54,705 nt of DNA from Chromera velia (taxonomy: Eukaryota), in contig JAHBMJ010000148.1 in the NCBI GenBank assembly GCA_018398765.1, forward strand, positions 1 to 54,705, in the 5' to 3' direction. Under the pieces are notes generated by a model. That model saw nothing but the letters and a program-made list of their open reading frames with translations, was not told the origin of the DNA and did no database searches. The position numbers were made by a program, and so were the translations under genes. Shown here piece by piece: positions 25,001-37,210 of this stretch (position 1 is the stretch's first letter; each line of letters opens with the position of its first letter).

Positions 25001-28000
25001 TCGTTCGTTCGTTCGCTCGTTCGTTCGTTCGTTCGTTCTTTCTTTCTTTCTTTCTTTCTTTTCTTTCTTTCTTTCTTCCTTCCTTTCTTTCTTTCTTTCT
25101 TTCTTCCTTCCTTCCTTCCTTCCTTCGGGGAACGAAGGACGTTTGGAGGTCTGTTATGTATTTGGTGCAGTCAGGGGTCATCGTTGTGTCGATGTTTCTT
25201 TCTCCCCTCTCGCTACTGCAGTTGCGCTTTGTTTTGACGAACAGAACAGAGAGGCACCTAAATGTTCCCCTCTCACACTCTCACAGAGGTACCAAATAAG
25301 GCAGGCCCTTCTATTTCTGCGGCCATTCTGCACAGGATTGGCACTGGTCCTCTTGCTTCAAAAGGACGTCTCCCCCATCCTGTTTGTCTTTGGTCTTCTT
25401 TCCCCTGCCTGTGCTAGCACGGCTGTCTGCAAAGCTCTACGAGATGTCCATACAATTTCGTGCGCTCCGTTTCTTCCGCCCTTGCAGGTTCGATGTGCAG
25501 GTGGGGGACTCGAGTGGGAGACAGTTGGAGGTCCTTTCATGTCGCGTGTTCCGTTCGAAGCTGAGATCCCAGGCCACGCTCTCGTACAGTCAGGCTGCAG
25601 AGCTCCTGCAGACGGGGCGAGTCGGGGTGAAACAGAGAGGAGCAGAGAATGTGAATGTAGGGGCAGGGAGGACGGAGGTGGAAGAGGAACTGATGGAGAC
25701 CGTACAGCTGCAGAGAGAGGTCGGTTTGTTCGCCTATCGTTTGTCTCTTTGCTTTCGTGCAGAGGGGGGGGAGTGTGAAGAGAAAAGGAGGGGAGGGCAT
25801 CCAGTGATGTGAAGAGACGTTTGAGTGAAAGAAAGAAAAAAGGATTGATGGGTCTTGCTTCACATTCGTGCGTTCCAAGAAAGTGAATTAAACGAGCCAC
25901 ATAAGTCTGTCTGTCTCTCCATCTTTCTGTGTGTCTCCGCGTGTGTGTGTGCAGATTTGCGAAAGTCTCCGTTTCCTCTCTCTGCTCGCTGAGGGCCTCC
26001 GTGAGAGGCGAATGGAGAGAGAGGGGACGCTTGGGATCGTGTATCAGGAAGATGACTTCCCTCCAGAGGTAGGGTCGCCTTGTTTGCCTTTGCTTCTATT
26101 CTGGTGGTTGTCCACTTGCCCCTTCTTCTCGACAGTTTACTTTTTGTGCGCATGGAGTAAGGAGGGTACCTGATGCCGCCCTTGTCTTTTCATGACGGAA
26201 GCGCAATGTAGGCTGACATGGTGTGTGTGTGTGTGTGTGTGTGCGTGTGTGTGTGTGGATCTGCAGGAGAAGATTTCCAGGCAGTTGGTGTCCGAGCTAA
26301 TGATCTGTGTGAACTCGTGGGCAGGTGCACGTCTGATGGAGAAGTTGGGGGGGGACGGTCCGAGGTGGGTGGGTCCTTGTTGACTTTTCTTTTCTTTGCC
26401 TTTCTTCCTTTTTTCTTTGCTCTTTTTTTCCGGCTTTCAGTTTTTCTATCCTGGGAGACCGACTTGAGGATTTCTTCCCATACTTCTTCTGTGTCTTTTT
26501 CTTGTAACTAGGCTCTCACAGGTCCTCTCGTTGCTGGCAGACAAGAACTGCCTCTGAGATGAATGAAGTAACTGAGCAGACAGAGATCATACACAGTCTG
26601 TCACCAGGGCTGTGGTTGGATGCTCGATCATCTTCCGTCCCTTCACGAAGAAGACGCAGATGCTCGTTCTGACACACGTTCACCGTGTTCAAAAAGGAGA
26701 TAAGGAAAAACGCTCCACATCCAATAAATGGATGTACACTCACTTTGACTTCTCCGCTGATCCCTATGAATGAGCATGCATGCATGCAGACGGGTCCATC
26801 CCTGCCCCGACCTCCAGTGGACAGAGGCGGCGGCTTCTCTCTCTCTGGCTGCCGTCCCAATGTCTAACGTCAGTTGTTTGTTTGCTCCCTTGTTTTGCAA
26901 CGTTCCCTGTGAACTGAAAATACAGAAAGCAACAGTGAAAGTCAGACAGACGGAGAGAAATGAGGCATCCATCCAGCGACCCTTTTGCTTCCACTATCGA
27001 TCCCTGATTAATCCGGCCTGCAGGAGGAGCGTGCCCGCCTCGCCCCAAAGCTCGACTTCTCCTCCTCCGTCACTGCATGTCACGACACAATGATCAGAAT
27101 CGCAGAGCAGATCAAGGTGGCAGTCAAGGACGCTCAAGAAAACGCAGAAGACGATGAGGACGAAGAGGATCGACCCCACAAAGTAGATGAAATGGTCCGC
27201 TCGTTCGCTTTGCTTGCTTGTTTGCTTGCTCGGTTGTTTGTGGGAAGGAACAGCGGGCAGCAGGGAAGGGAGCGTTTGCTCCTCAAATCCTGCCTGCCTG
27301 TCCTCCTTTCTGTCGAGGTGAAAAAAGCGGCTCTGTTTATTTTTGTTTTGTTGAGGTCGTTTTGCTATTTGCCTCTGCATGTTTTCTTGGTGCGCTGCTT
27401 TTAGAAGGAACCAGACAAACAGCCAGCAGGAATGCAAACGTCGTGAAGTGCGTGCACCTGTCTCTCAATCCTCTCCTTGAGCTTTTTTTGTGTTCACTTC
27501 TTCCTTGCTCTTGTTGGGCCTGCAGATTCGAAGTTTTCTGTTTGCAATTCGAGGCCGCCTGTCTTCCCCTGAATACTTCTACATCCCCGTGGATGCCCCA
27601 AAGGAAAAAGAGACCGTGAAAGGACACTCCAAGCCTGACGACCTGTTCAAGGCCCTTAGCCAGAACGCAATCGCACACAGCAACATCCAGCAGCAGAAAC
27701 AGAAGGCGATGATGCAAACGAGAGAGTTAGTCGGTCAGGCAGGCAGGCAGCTCTCTGATGAATCCACGACAGAAGCGAAAAAGAGAGACGTCTGAGGAGG
27801 ACGTTTTTTTTGCTTTCATTGGTGTCGTTTTTCTTTTGGTTGATGTGGGAATGGCTGTGCGCAATCCACAAGTATGTCGACTCGCAAACTGAACGCTCGT
27901 TGTTATTTCGGCATCAAGACGAACACTGTGCACGTGTTTGCATGCAGGAACATCGAAAATCTGGAGAGGGACGCAGAGGAGTATCTGGCACTTGAGGAAA

Positions 28001-31000
28001 AGGAGGCCCGCTCTGTCTATCTGAAGAGTGTGCCTTTGGGAGAGGTCAGTCTGCTCAATCCTCTTTTTGAGCTGTCTGTCTTTCTGTCTGTTTGTCAGAA
28101 CTTTGCCTGCAACGACAAAGATGGCCCACATATTTTCTTGCCATCGGACATTCGTTTGGAGGGTGTGAAAGTGATCTGAGGTCACGGTGGCGTGCTGCAC
28201 TCAGGGTCGCAAGGCGGTTCTCTGAACGAGACCAGAGAGCCCGATTTGCATTGATCTTTCTTCTCCTTTTTTGCCCTCTATCTCTTTTGTTTTCTTCACT
28301 CGATCCAACAGAAGTTGCATTTTTTCCTGTCTATTTGACTCTCTACCTATCTGCATGCATGCACTCAATCAATGATGCAGGGCGAGGAAGACTCTCTGAG
28401 GGACATTTTGGGTTCTGTGGGGGACCTAGAGTCCTTCTGTCTCTTTCCTCCTGGAGAGTGAGTGAGTGAGTGAGTCAGGGAGGCAGGCAGCTACGGAGGG
28501 GTTCGGTCATGAGGGACTCAGCGGGAGGGAGGAAGGGAGGTTGTGTGTGTGTGTGTGTGTGGGTGGCTTGGGNNNNNNNNNNNGGGGGGGGGGGGGTGAG
28601 TAGGCGAGTGGCTGGGTGGTTAAGCATGCAGCCCGACCAGCCGGGAGACATGCAGTTTTCGGACTTCTCTTTTTCTCTCAAAACTTCTTACTGACTGACC
28701 CACTTACTCACTCTCCGTTTCCTTCTGTCTCTCTGTGTCTGTCCTCCGCTTCGGTCTCGTGATTCATCCAGCCTCTTCTCTCTAGCTAGGGATGATCACT
28801 CCATGGACAAATCCCTGATTCCTCTCTCTCTGAATCCTTCATCATTTCTTCCGTCCTGCCTCCTGCCTGTCTGCAGAGGTTGGAATGCCCGGTGCGGTAT
28901 TGCAACATTCAGAGAGCCTTCAGCAGCTGCACGTTGCCTTAGCGAAAGGAGAATGAACGGTCTGTCACTGTGCTTTCGTGTGTCGTCATGTTCTGCTTTT
29001 TTTCGGATTCCTCCGTCCATTTTCCTCCTTCCGTCATTCCTTTCTGATTCCTTTCCTCCTCTCTTCATTCTGTCTTAATTTATGAATCCATTCATTCATT
29101 CATTCTTTTCTCCATTCCATTCCTCTTTCGCTTCTGTTCTAAGCCTTCTCCCGCGAAGGTTCTTTTGGATTCTTTTTTTCGTTCTTTCTCCTCCTGTGAT
29201 TCTCCGGTACAGGTCCCTTCAGCGCCTGTCTCGGGAACATTCAAATTCTTGAGTGGAGGGATAAGACAAGGGAAAGCCTCGAGCAGAGGCGCGAGGTCAG
29301 TAGCTCCTCTTGGCTCGGTCTTGATGTTTGGTTTCCTTCCTCCGGCTCGGTCTTGCTTCTCTTTTCAGAGTGGAGGAAAGCTTTGGTGATTGGCTCGAGG
29401 TGAATCAAAAATGCTCGCTGTCCTTTCTCGGCTCATGTTTCTGCTGTGCTCTCCTGCGGTTGATGGCTGTAAGACATTTTCCTTCGACCTACAGCTCGGA
29501 GAGGCATTGAGAGGAACGAGAGAGAGGGATCATCCGTTCAATTACTTTTTTCTTTCGGTATTGTTGATAATTCTCTTCTTGCCTGTGCTTTCATGAATGA
29601 TTCCCTTTGCTCCTTTCCCCTCCTACCATGCCTTCCTTCACTCCAAGTATGCTATGCTGCCTGCCTGCAGGTACGGGACATGGCGGCGCGCATTAAGTGC
29701 AGACGGCAGGGCATCCCCGAACCCCCTCCCCTTCCACCTCCCCCTCCACCACAGGCACAGCAGAGGGCTTTCCCGACTGACTACAGACTCGCGCCCCCTC
29801 CTCCAGAGCCCTCAGCAAATACAAGAAGCCCTGCAACTCTGTTTCCCCAAATTCCGGGGGTGATGCCGGGGCCCGTTGCCGTCTCCGGTCCCGTCTCGTC
29901 CTTCCCGCTCTTTGCAACAGACCCCTACTTCCAGGTCACATCTCCCATCAGGAGGTCAGTCGGTTCGTTTCTATGTTGCATGCTCACCACTCTCACTGAT
30001 TCGCTTAGCACGCTCGCATTCACAGACTGACTCATCCTCTCAAGAAGCAACGCATTCATTGGAGTCTCAAGTGCGAATGTGCGTTGATTTGCTTTCCGTC
30101 CCTGCGCCAAAAGACTGCCAAATGACTCTTGAAGCTTTGTGACACTTTGCGTCTCCTCTCCTCTTCTCTTCTCTTCTCTCCGTGCAGATACGTGGACCTA
30201 ATTGGCTTGAGACTGCTGCTTTTACCGTCCGCTTTCCTCCACTCACTGAGGGACTCCGCAGAGAAAGAGAATGAAGTCGAAACAGCGCAGGGAAACAAAA
30301 AGAAGAAAAAGAAGAAGAGGGGCGACGGCGAAGGCGGGGCTGGAGGATCCGAACCACCGCCGAGCGACGAGGGTCACATGTTGCTTCCCCTGGAGTTTCC
30401 CTCTTCCTCCAAGGGACACGCGCTCCGGAATGCGTACAGAGACTGGGTGAGGGAGCTGCCCTCAACGGTTCTCAGGTTCAATCTCTTGAACAAAAGGGTC
30501 GGTCGGTCAGTTCAGTCCTCTCTTGCTCCAATGATCTTGTGAGAAGAGAGGAGAATAGTCGAACGAACAGGCATGAAAGAAAGAAGGGCGGTTGAATGAC
30601 GGGGACAACGTTGGGGGCATCCGGAAGGTGGACTGACTGACGTGTTGATGTGTGTGTGTACTTCTGTGCAGTAGTTTTGCTTTTTGTTCTGCCTGCCGTG
30701 TTTTTCACACCGCTCTAAAGGAAGAAAGACGCCTTAGAAAAAGAAGAAGAATGACGCCGCAATTCCTCAAGAGAACCGGTGATCGCATCTTTGCTCGAGC
30801 CCTCCTGTACTGCAGCAAGGGGGAGGTAGTGGAAACCCCAGACTCTCACCATCTTTCTCAGAATGTGTTTGTATCGAGTAGTGAGTGCCTTGCCTGCTTT
30901 TTCTCATTGAGTGCATTCAGGTGCGGGAGGTCCAGAAGGAGTTTGCCCTTCTCTCCCTGTGCCGTTGGATTGCACACGCAACAATCCGGGTGAGGGCCCT

Positions 31001-32003
31001 GGTGGGACCCCTGAGACCCTCCTCTATACAGCTGATCTTCCCAGGGGACTTCTCCCACAAACTTCCTATCAGGACAATGAGACTCCCTCTCGGATCTCTC
31101 AGGTCTGTCGGTCGGGTCAAAGGCCTTCTTCCTCTCTTTTCTGCTTCCAGCCTTCCTTCCTTTCTCTCATCGATACATGGTGGTAAATTTCACTCAGCCT
31201 CCAAGAGCCTTCGCCGCTTCTTCTTTTCTGTCTGTCTGTCTGTCTGTCAGGTCGGAACGCATTGTCGCGGCCCTGGAGGAAGCGGTGGTTCGGAGGCTGA
31301 AGTCAGACAGAGTGGTGATCAAGCCAGACTTCGACGTGGCCAACCCGGGAGGGGGAGGGGGGACCCCCCCTCCTTTTGTGGAAGTCAGCTAGTTGAATCT
31401 GCATGGATTTGATTCGACTGTTTTGTACTCAGGGTCGGATATGTGAAAAAGTGATGAAGCACTGAATCGGTCAAATTCAATATAACTCTCTGTCAAGGAG
31501 TCTCGGGCTGACTCCCTTTGTGCCCCGACCAGATTCATCGGTCTTCAATTGGAAAAGAAAGAAGAACGGCAAAAAGCGGCCAGGAAACATGGTAAGAAAG
31601 TATGCTTCTGCATGAGGAGTGCAAATCAAGACTCAACCAGAGAGGGGGGGAGGCAGGAAAAGAAATACCGTTCTTCAACATCTGTGTGGGGCTGTCTCAA
31701 CAGACCAAGAGCCAGTATGAAGCCTGCATGTGTTTTTTCATCGGGTGTTTCATAAATGTGTCGATCCTCGTCGTCGACATACATGCAGGTCGCTCTAAGT
31801 GCGTTCAAGACTTCCGTTGACGTGGAACTTGGGCTGAACAAGACGCTGCCAGTTCCTTGGGGAGCGTTGTCGGTGATGGCGCTGCACCTGTGCGAGCTCT
31901 CTGACCCACCCCTTCCCCCTGTGCTCCTGCCGGACCCTGAGGGACCCCCCCCTCCTTTCGTCATTTTTGCCAAGAAGAGTCCCGATTGCTTCCGGTCAGT
32001 GTC

Positions 32004-32055
<52 letters not shown>

Positions 32056-32057
32056 GT

Positions 32058-32095
<38 letters not shown>

Positions 32096-35000
32096 ATGCG
32101 TGCGCCAGCGAGAGAGGGAGGGAAAGACAGGACAGCTTTCTGTCAGAAGGTCTCAGGCATGCAGTGGGCTGCGGAATGGGAGCTAGAAGAAAGCAAAGAG
32201 GAAAGGAAGCAGAGAAGGAAGGAAGGAAGGAAGGAAGGACGAAGACTCCATCTTTATTCATTGGATGAGGATGCATTCTCTCTCCCCCGGCATTCCTCCC
32301 TCCCTGCCCCCCTCTCTCTCTCTCTCTGCAGAGCATATCCCGATCTGAGGGGTTCGGGTCACTCAGCTGACTCTCTTCGGAACTACGCGTCGTTCTGGCA
32401 GGGAATTCGGGAGGTGCAGGTCCGTCCGTTTCTTTCTTTCTTGGTTGCGCTCGGTTGGGGGTTTCTTCGCTTGCTGGTGCGTTCTTTCGTTCTGCGTTCC
32501 CACAGACTAGAAAAGGCGATGCCAAAGAGCAACAGCTCGTTCGCGAACAGAAATTTGCAAACAAAGGACAAACCGGCGTCCTGGGTCTCCGCCTGCATGT
32601 TTTATGCTGATTTTCACCCGTGCCAGGGGCATAACGTTTTTTGACAGCCTTCGACTGAATTTGTTTTTCTCTTCCAACTAATGTCCTCTCTTTTTTCAAA
32701 CTGAAATTTTATGTTTGTGTGTATGGTCATGTCTGCTTGCAGGCCCACGCGTCTGCAGTGCAGATGGATTTGAACAGCGCCTGGCTGGTTCCTCGAGTGG
32801 CCGAATTCGTGAAGAGGGAGAGGGTTACCACCATGGGCGTCGCCATAGGAGGGGGACCGGAGGAAAGGGGACGAGGAAGGAAGAACAGAAAGGGCAAAGG
32901 AAGAGATAGGGCAAGGGCGTTCAGGTCAGTCAGTCACGTAGTCTGTCGGTCAATGAGTCAGTCAGCCAGCCAGTCAAGGATATGAAGAGAGAGAGAAACA
33001 TTGGCTTTGAACGACCTGCCAGACACGCGCAAGTTTTCAGCGTCGAAATTGACTACTGTTGGAGCGCTAAGGAAAATAAAGGAGTGTCTCGACTCATGAT
33101 CAGCTGAGGGAAAAGACCGGACATACCTGTGAAGCCATTTTTCCTGCGTCTCACTCAGTATCCTGAAGTGCACCAGCCCGTTTGATCAAGCCGGCGTCTC
33201 CTGCTATCAGGCCTTGGCACACGAGGCTGTGGCTATGATGTGCCCTTGATGTGTCTGGCTGGATGAAGAAAATAGAAGATCAGCCTAACGAAGCAGTATG
33301 TATGGGTTTGGCCTTTCTGTCTGTGCGTTCAGATGGGAGGTCCACTGTTCTCTGGAGGACTCCTTTGGAGGGAATTCTCTGAGAAAGCTTCGGATCTCTG
33401 ACCTCGTCACTCTGAGGAAGGAGATCGCACCAGGACGGTCGGTCGGTCGGTCAGATGCGTGGATTCATTGATATTAATATATGCGTCGACCGTTGTACAT
33501 TGATTCCCTTCACCCAAGTGCTCGTTCCCCGTCTCCGGCGATCGGGAGGTTGCCGCGGCGACTTCGGACCTGTGCGCGCTTCTGAAGTAGTTTGCTGCCT
33601 GCCTGCTTGCCTTCATGCCTGATGTGTTCGTTGGGGGATCAGCTAGGGAGGCGCTCGAACGTGTCTGTATGTGAAGAGGGTGTGGGGGGAAGGGCTGATG
33701 TTGTCCTGTACGGCATTCAATTGTTTCGATCGCTGTCTTGAATCTCTATGTCTGCGAGTCGTTGTATATTTTTTCTCTAAACCGGCGGATTCAATTCTTT
33801 CTTCTGCTTGGTGACGCTCTCTCATGCATGCAGTGTGTGGATGGCGTTCGGCACTGTCACGAGCAAGTCGGCCCCTCGGGATGTCCCCGCAGAGAACAAA
33901 AGGAACACGCAAATGTGCAAGTAAGCTGAGGAGAGAGAGAGCGCGCGCGAGCGAGAGAATCAGTGTGTGTGGGAGAAACTGTGCTTTTTCTTTTCTTTCT
34001 TTCTTTTTTTCTTTGTTTTCACCTTGTCTTCATTCTCTCTCTTTTTTCAGTCTGTTCGGCTGCACCCCTTTTTCTGACCGTCAAAAAAAGAAAGAAAATT
34101 CACCCAAGAGGTTCGCGACCTCGAAAACAGGATACCCTGTGGGAAGTCTTCAAGTTCGCCGAAGAGCGTAGAACGAACAAGGACTCTCTACAATTCTTTT
34201 TTTCTTCTGTCGCTCCGCGCGTACAAATGCAAATGCAGGTATTACCTTGAGGGCCTGGAGTGCGAACACAACAAGAAGTACGGCAACTGCGTCTTCGCTC
34301 ATGGAGAGGCCGAGCTAACGAGACTGGAAACAGACATCGTCGTCGAGATCTCTCCTTGTTCGTCGGGACTCTCTCTGGAGGCTGGGGTAAGTGCGTCCCT
34401 TCTTCTTTCTGTTTGTCTGTTGGTCTATTTGTTCGTCTCTCTCTCTCTCTCTCTCTCTCTCCAGATGATGCGCCAGTGGACCATGTTCTCTTTCTCTCCG
34501 CAGTTCCTTGATTTTTCTCGGCTTGTTTTGTGCAGTCCTCTTCTGATGTTCTTCTTCCTGCATGTTCAATTTCGTTTGCGTTTGGTTGCTTTCTTTACCC
34601 TGTCTGCGTCCCGCCTGCCTGCCTGCCTGAACGTGTGCCTGCAGGACAGCGGAATTCCCCTAGAGGTCACGGAGCAGAAGCAGAAGTCAAGGCTTGAAAT
34701 TCAGGTCTGTCTCTCCCTGTGTCTGGGTCGCATTAAGTCAGACTCTCTGTGTCTGTGTCTCTTTCTCTCATTGTCTGGCTTACTGCCGTCCTGTGTCTGA
34801 CAGTTGTAGTCCTCTTTGATCGTTGCAGCAGGGCGGATGAATTCATCGTCCATCCTGAATGTTTTCTTTTCTCTCCCTTTGCCCGCGAATCTTGCATTTT
34901 CTTTCTCTGCCCGTTTATCTGGGTGCGTCAGGCGAGGCTGTGGGAAGAGAAGAGCAGGAAACAGTAGACAGTCTGTCTCTCTGTCGTCTGTAAACGTCAG

Positions 35001-35610
35001 ATTGTTTCCACTTTTTCGATTAAGGCACAAGCATAATAAATCATGCAGCCACATCTCTCTGCTCGAAATTCTTGTCGATGCGCGCACGAATCCATCCATG
35101 TACGAGAGAAGCTGAACTACTGAATGTATTAACATGACCGAGACAACCATTTCTGGATGAACAAGAGAACGAACGATGATGGAATGAAATGCAGATCACG
35201 GCCCTCCAGTCCCACGACAGAGAGGTCTTGAAGGCGTTGCGGGCCCTCGGACGAAGAGGACAGGGGATGCAGAGCATGACGACTCTTCTTGCTGAGAAAA
35301 TGGTGCGTCGGTCGGTCGGTCGGTGGATGCAGACCGAAAGGGTCGTCGGGTTTGTTCTGTAAAGTCACTCGGTTGGTGCGCTTCTGTGTGGTGGGAGGGA
35401 AGGGCTTTGGTTGGCGTGATGAGTGGAGGGAAAGGGCATGCATGGGGGATCAAGCTGCTGCCCTCTCTGCATGCGTTGTCGAAGAATATGTATTTGTAGC
35501 AATTAATCTGCATCTTTCCTTCGTCATTCTGCCTCATTTCTTCAATTCGAAAGAGGACCAGCTTCTCTGCGCCGGCTCCTGCGGGGGAACGGAAATCGTC
35601 CAATGAACAG

Positions 35611-35641
<31 letters not shown>

Positions 35642-37129
35642 CTCCTGCCGGCCAACGCACGCACGTATGCGCAGGTTGTTCGAAGCCCCGAGACGACAGC
35701 GTGGCTCCGAACCCACCTGAAGAAGAAGGAGGGAGGGGGCTGGTGGAGGGATCTGCCCCCCACAGTGCTGTCTGCCGTCGGCATGCCCGAGGCCAACGAG
35801 TTCCAAACAAAGGCGGTCAAAATGGCTCTCGGACATTCAATCAGCTGTGTGCAGGGCCCGCCAGGCACAGGTAGGGGTGTACGACTGTTCGTTCCTTTTC
35901 TTCTTTCTGTCTGTCTCTGGGTCGACTTTTTTCTTTCAGGCGCACACACACACACAGCAACATGCACAGGTTGGCCCGGGACTACCTGATTGACGTCCCA
36001 TGCCTGCCTAATGCGATCTCGAGAGGACGCACTCTTGGACTTTTTTGACGTCAGGGGCAATCAATTCAACTCTGACTCTGATCGTTTCACATTCTTGGGC
36101 AATTCGGCACTCTCTCTTCAGGGAAGAGCGTGACGATCGTGCACATCGCCAACGCCCTCCTGGTGCACATGGATATTCTGAATAGAGAGTACAAGCTGCC
36201 CCGTCAGAGGGTGCTTCTCTGTGCTCCTTCAAACAAGGCTGCAGGTGGGCCGGGGGGGGAGGGCTGATAGTGGGCATGGCGTGGGCGTACCTAAAGAAAG
36301 TCTTTCTTGCGACATGCAATTTGCACACAGCAATTGTGTACTTAGATCTGCTCAACTGTAGACTCGCTTCGGCCGCTCTAAAGCCCCACGCGGCATCGTT
36401 CTTGAAAGAGGTGCAATTTTGCTATTGCGTAAGCGTCCTTTGACTCTTCTCGTTCCGTCCCCCCCCCCCCCCNCCCCCCCCTTTTGTCTGTCCGGGTGAC
36501 TGCAGATGCCCTCCTCCAATTGCTAGTCCAATTTCTCGAAATGCGAAAGAAGGAGGAGGAAAAAAACAGAGGAGGAGCATCAGCTGCATCCCAAAACAGC
36601 GCCATCGGAGAACTGGACCCGCAAAAACTCGTCACTCGAGTCTACGCGCGGTCGATTGAACAGAAATTCTGTCCCTCATGGAGAGTCGATGCAGCCATGC
36701 CGGTGGGTGGGGGGGTCCATCAAGTGGTCTCTCTGTTCATTTAACTGTGCATCAAGAATTCGCATAACCCAACTTGGTGAAAAATACTTTCTTTCTCTCT
36801 GGACCTTTTTCTTCTCCTCTTTTTGATGCATACAAAAAAACTTGGTGAATCCAAACGTCTTCCTCCGCTCCCACCATGTCTCTGCACCTTTCTCTTGCAG
36901 GTCCGAGAGGACTTCGACATCGCCCCTTCGCTTCGCCGATTTGCTCTCCACGAGAAGGTGCGCCTGTGTACTCTGCATCTCAGTGCGCCGCCTTCCTTCA
37001 GGGAAAAGAATTCTGTTTGCCGTTCCTTCCTCAAAGGAGAGCACCCAACTTCGGTCCCCCCCCCTCCTTCCTCCTCTCTCTCTCCCTCCCTTTCTCTCCT
37101 CTCTCTTTCTTCCTCTCTGTCTCTCTCTC

Positions 37130-37210
<81 letters not shown>

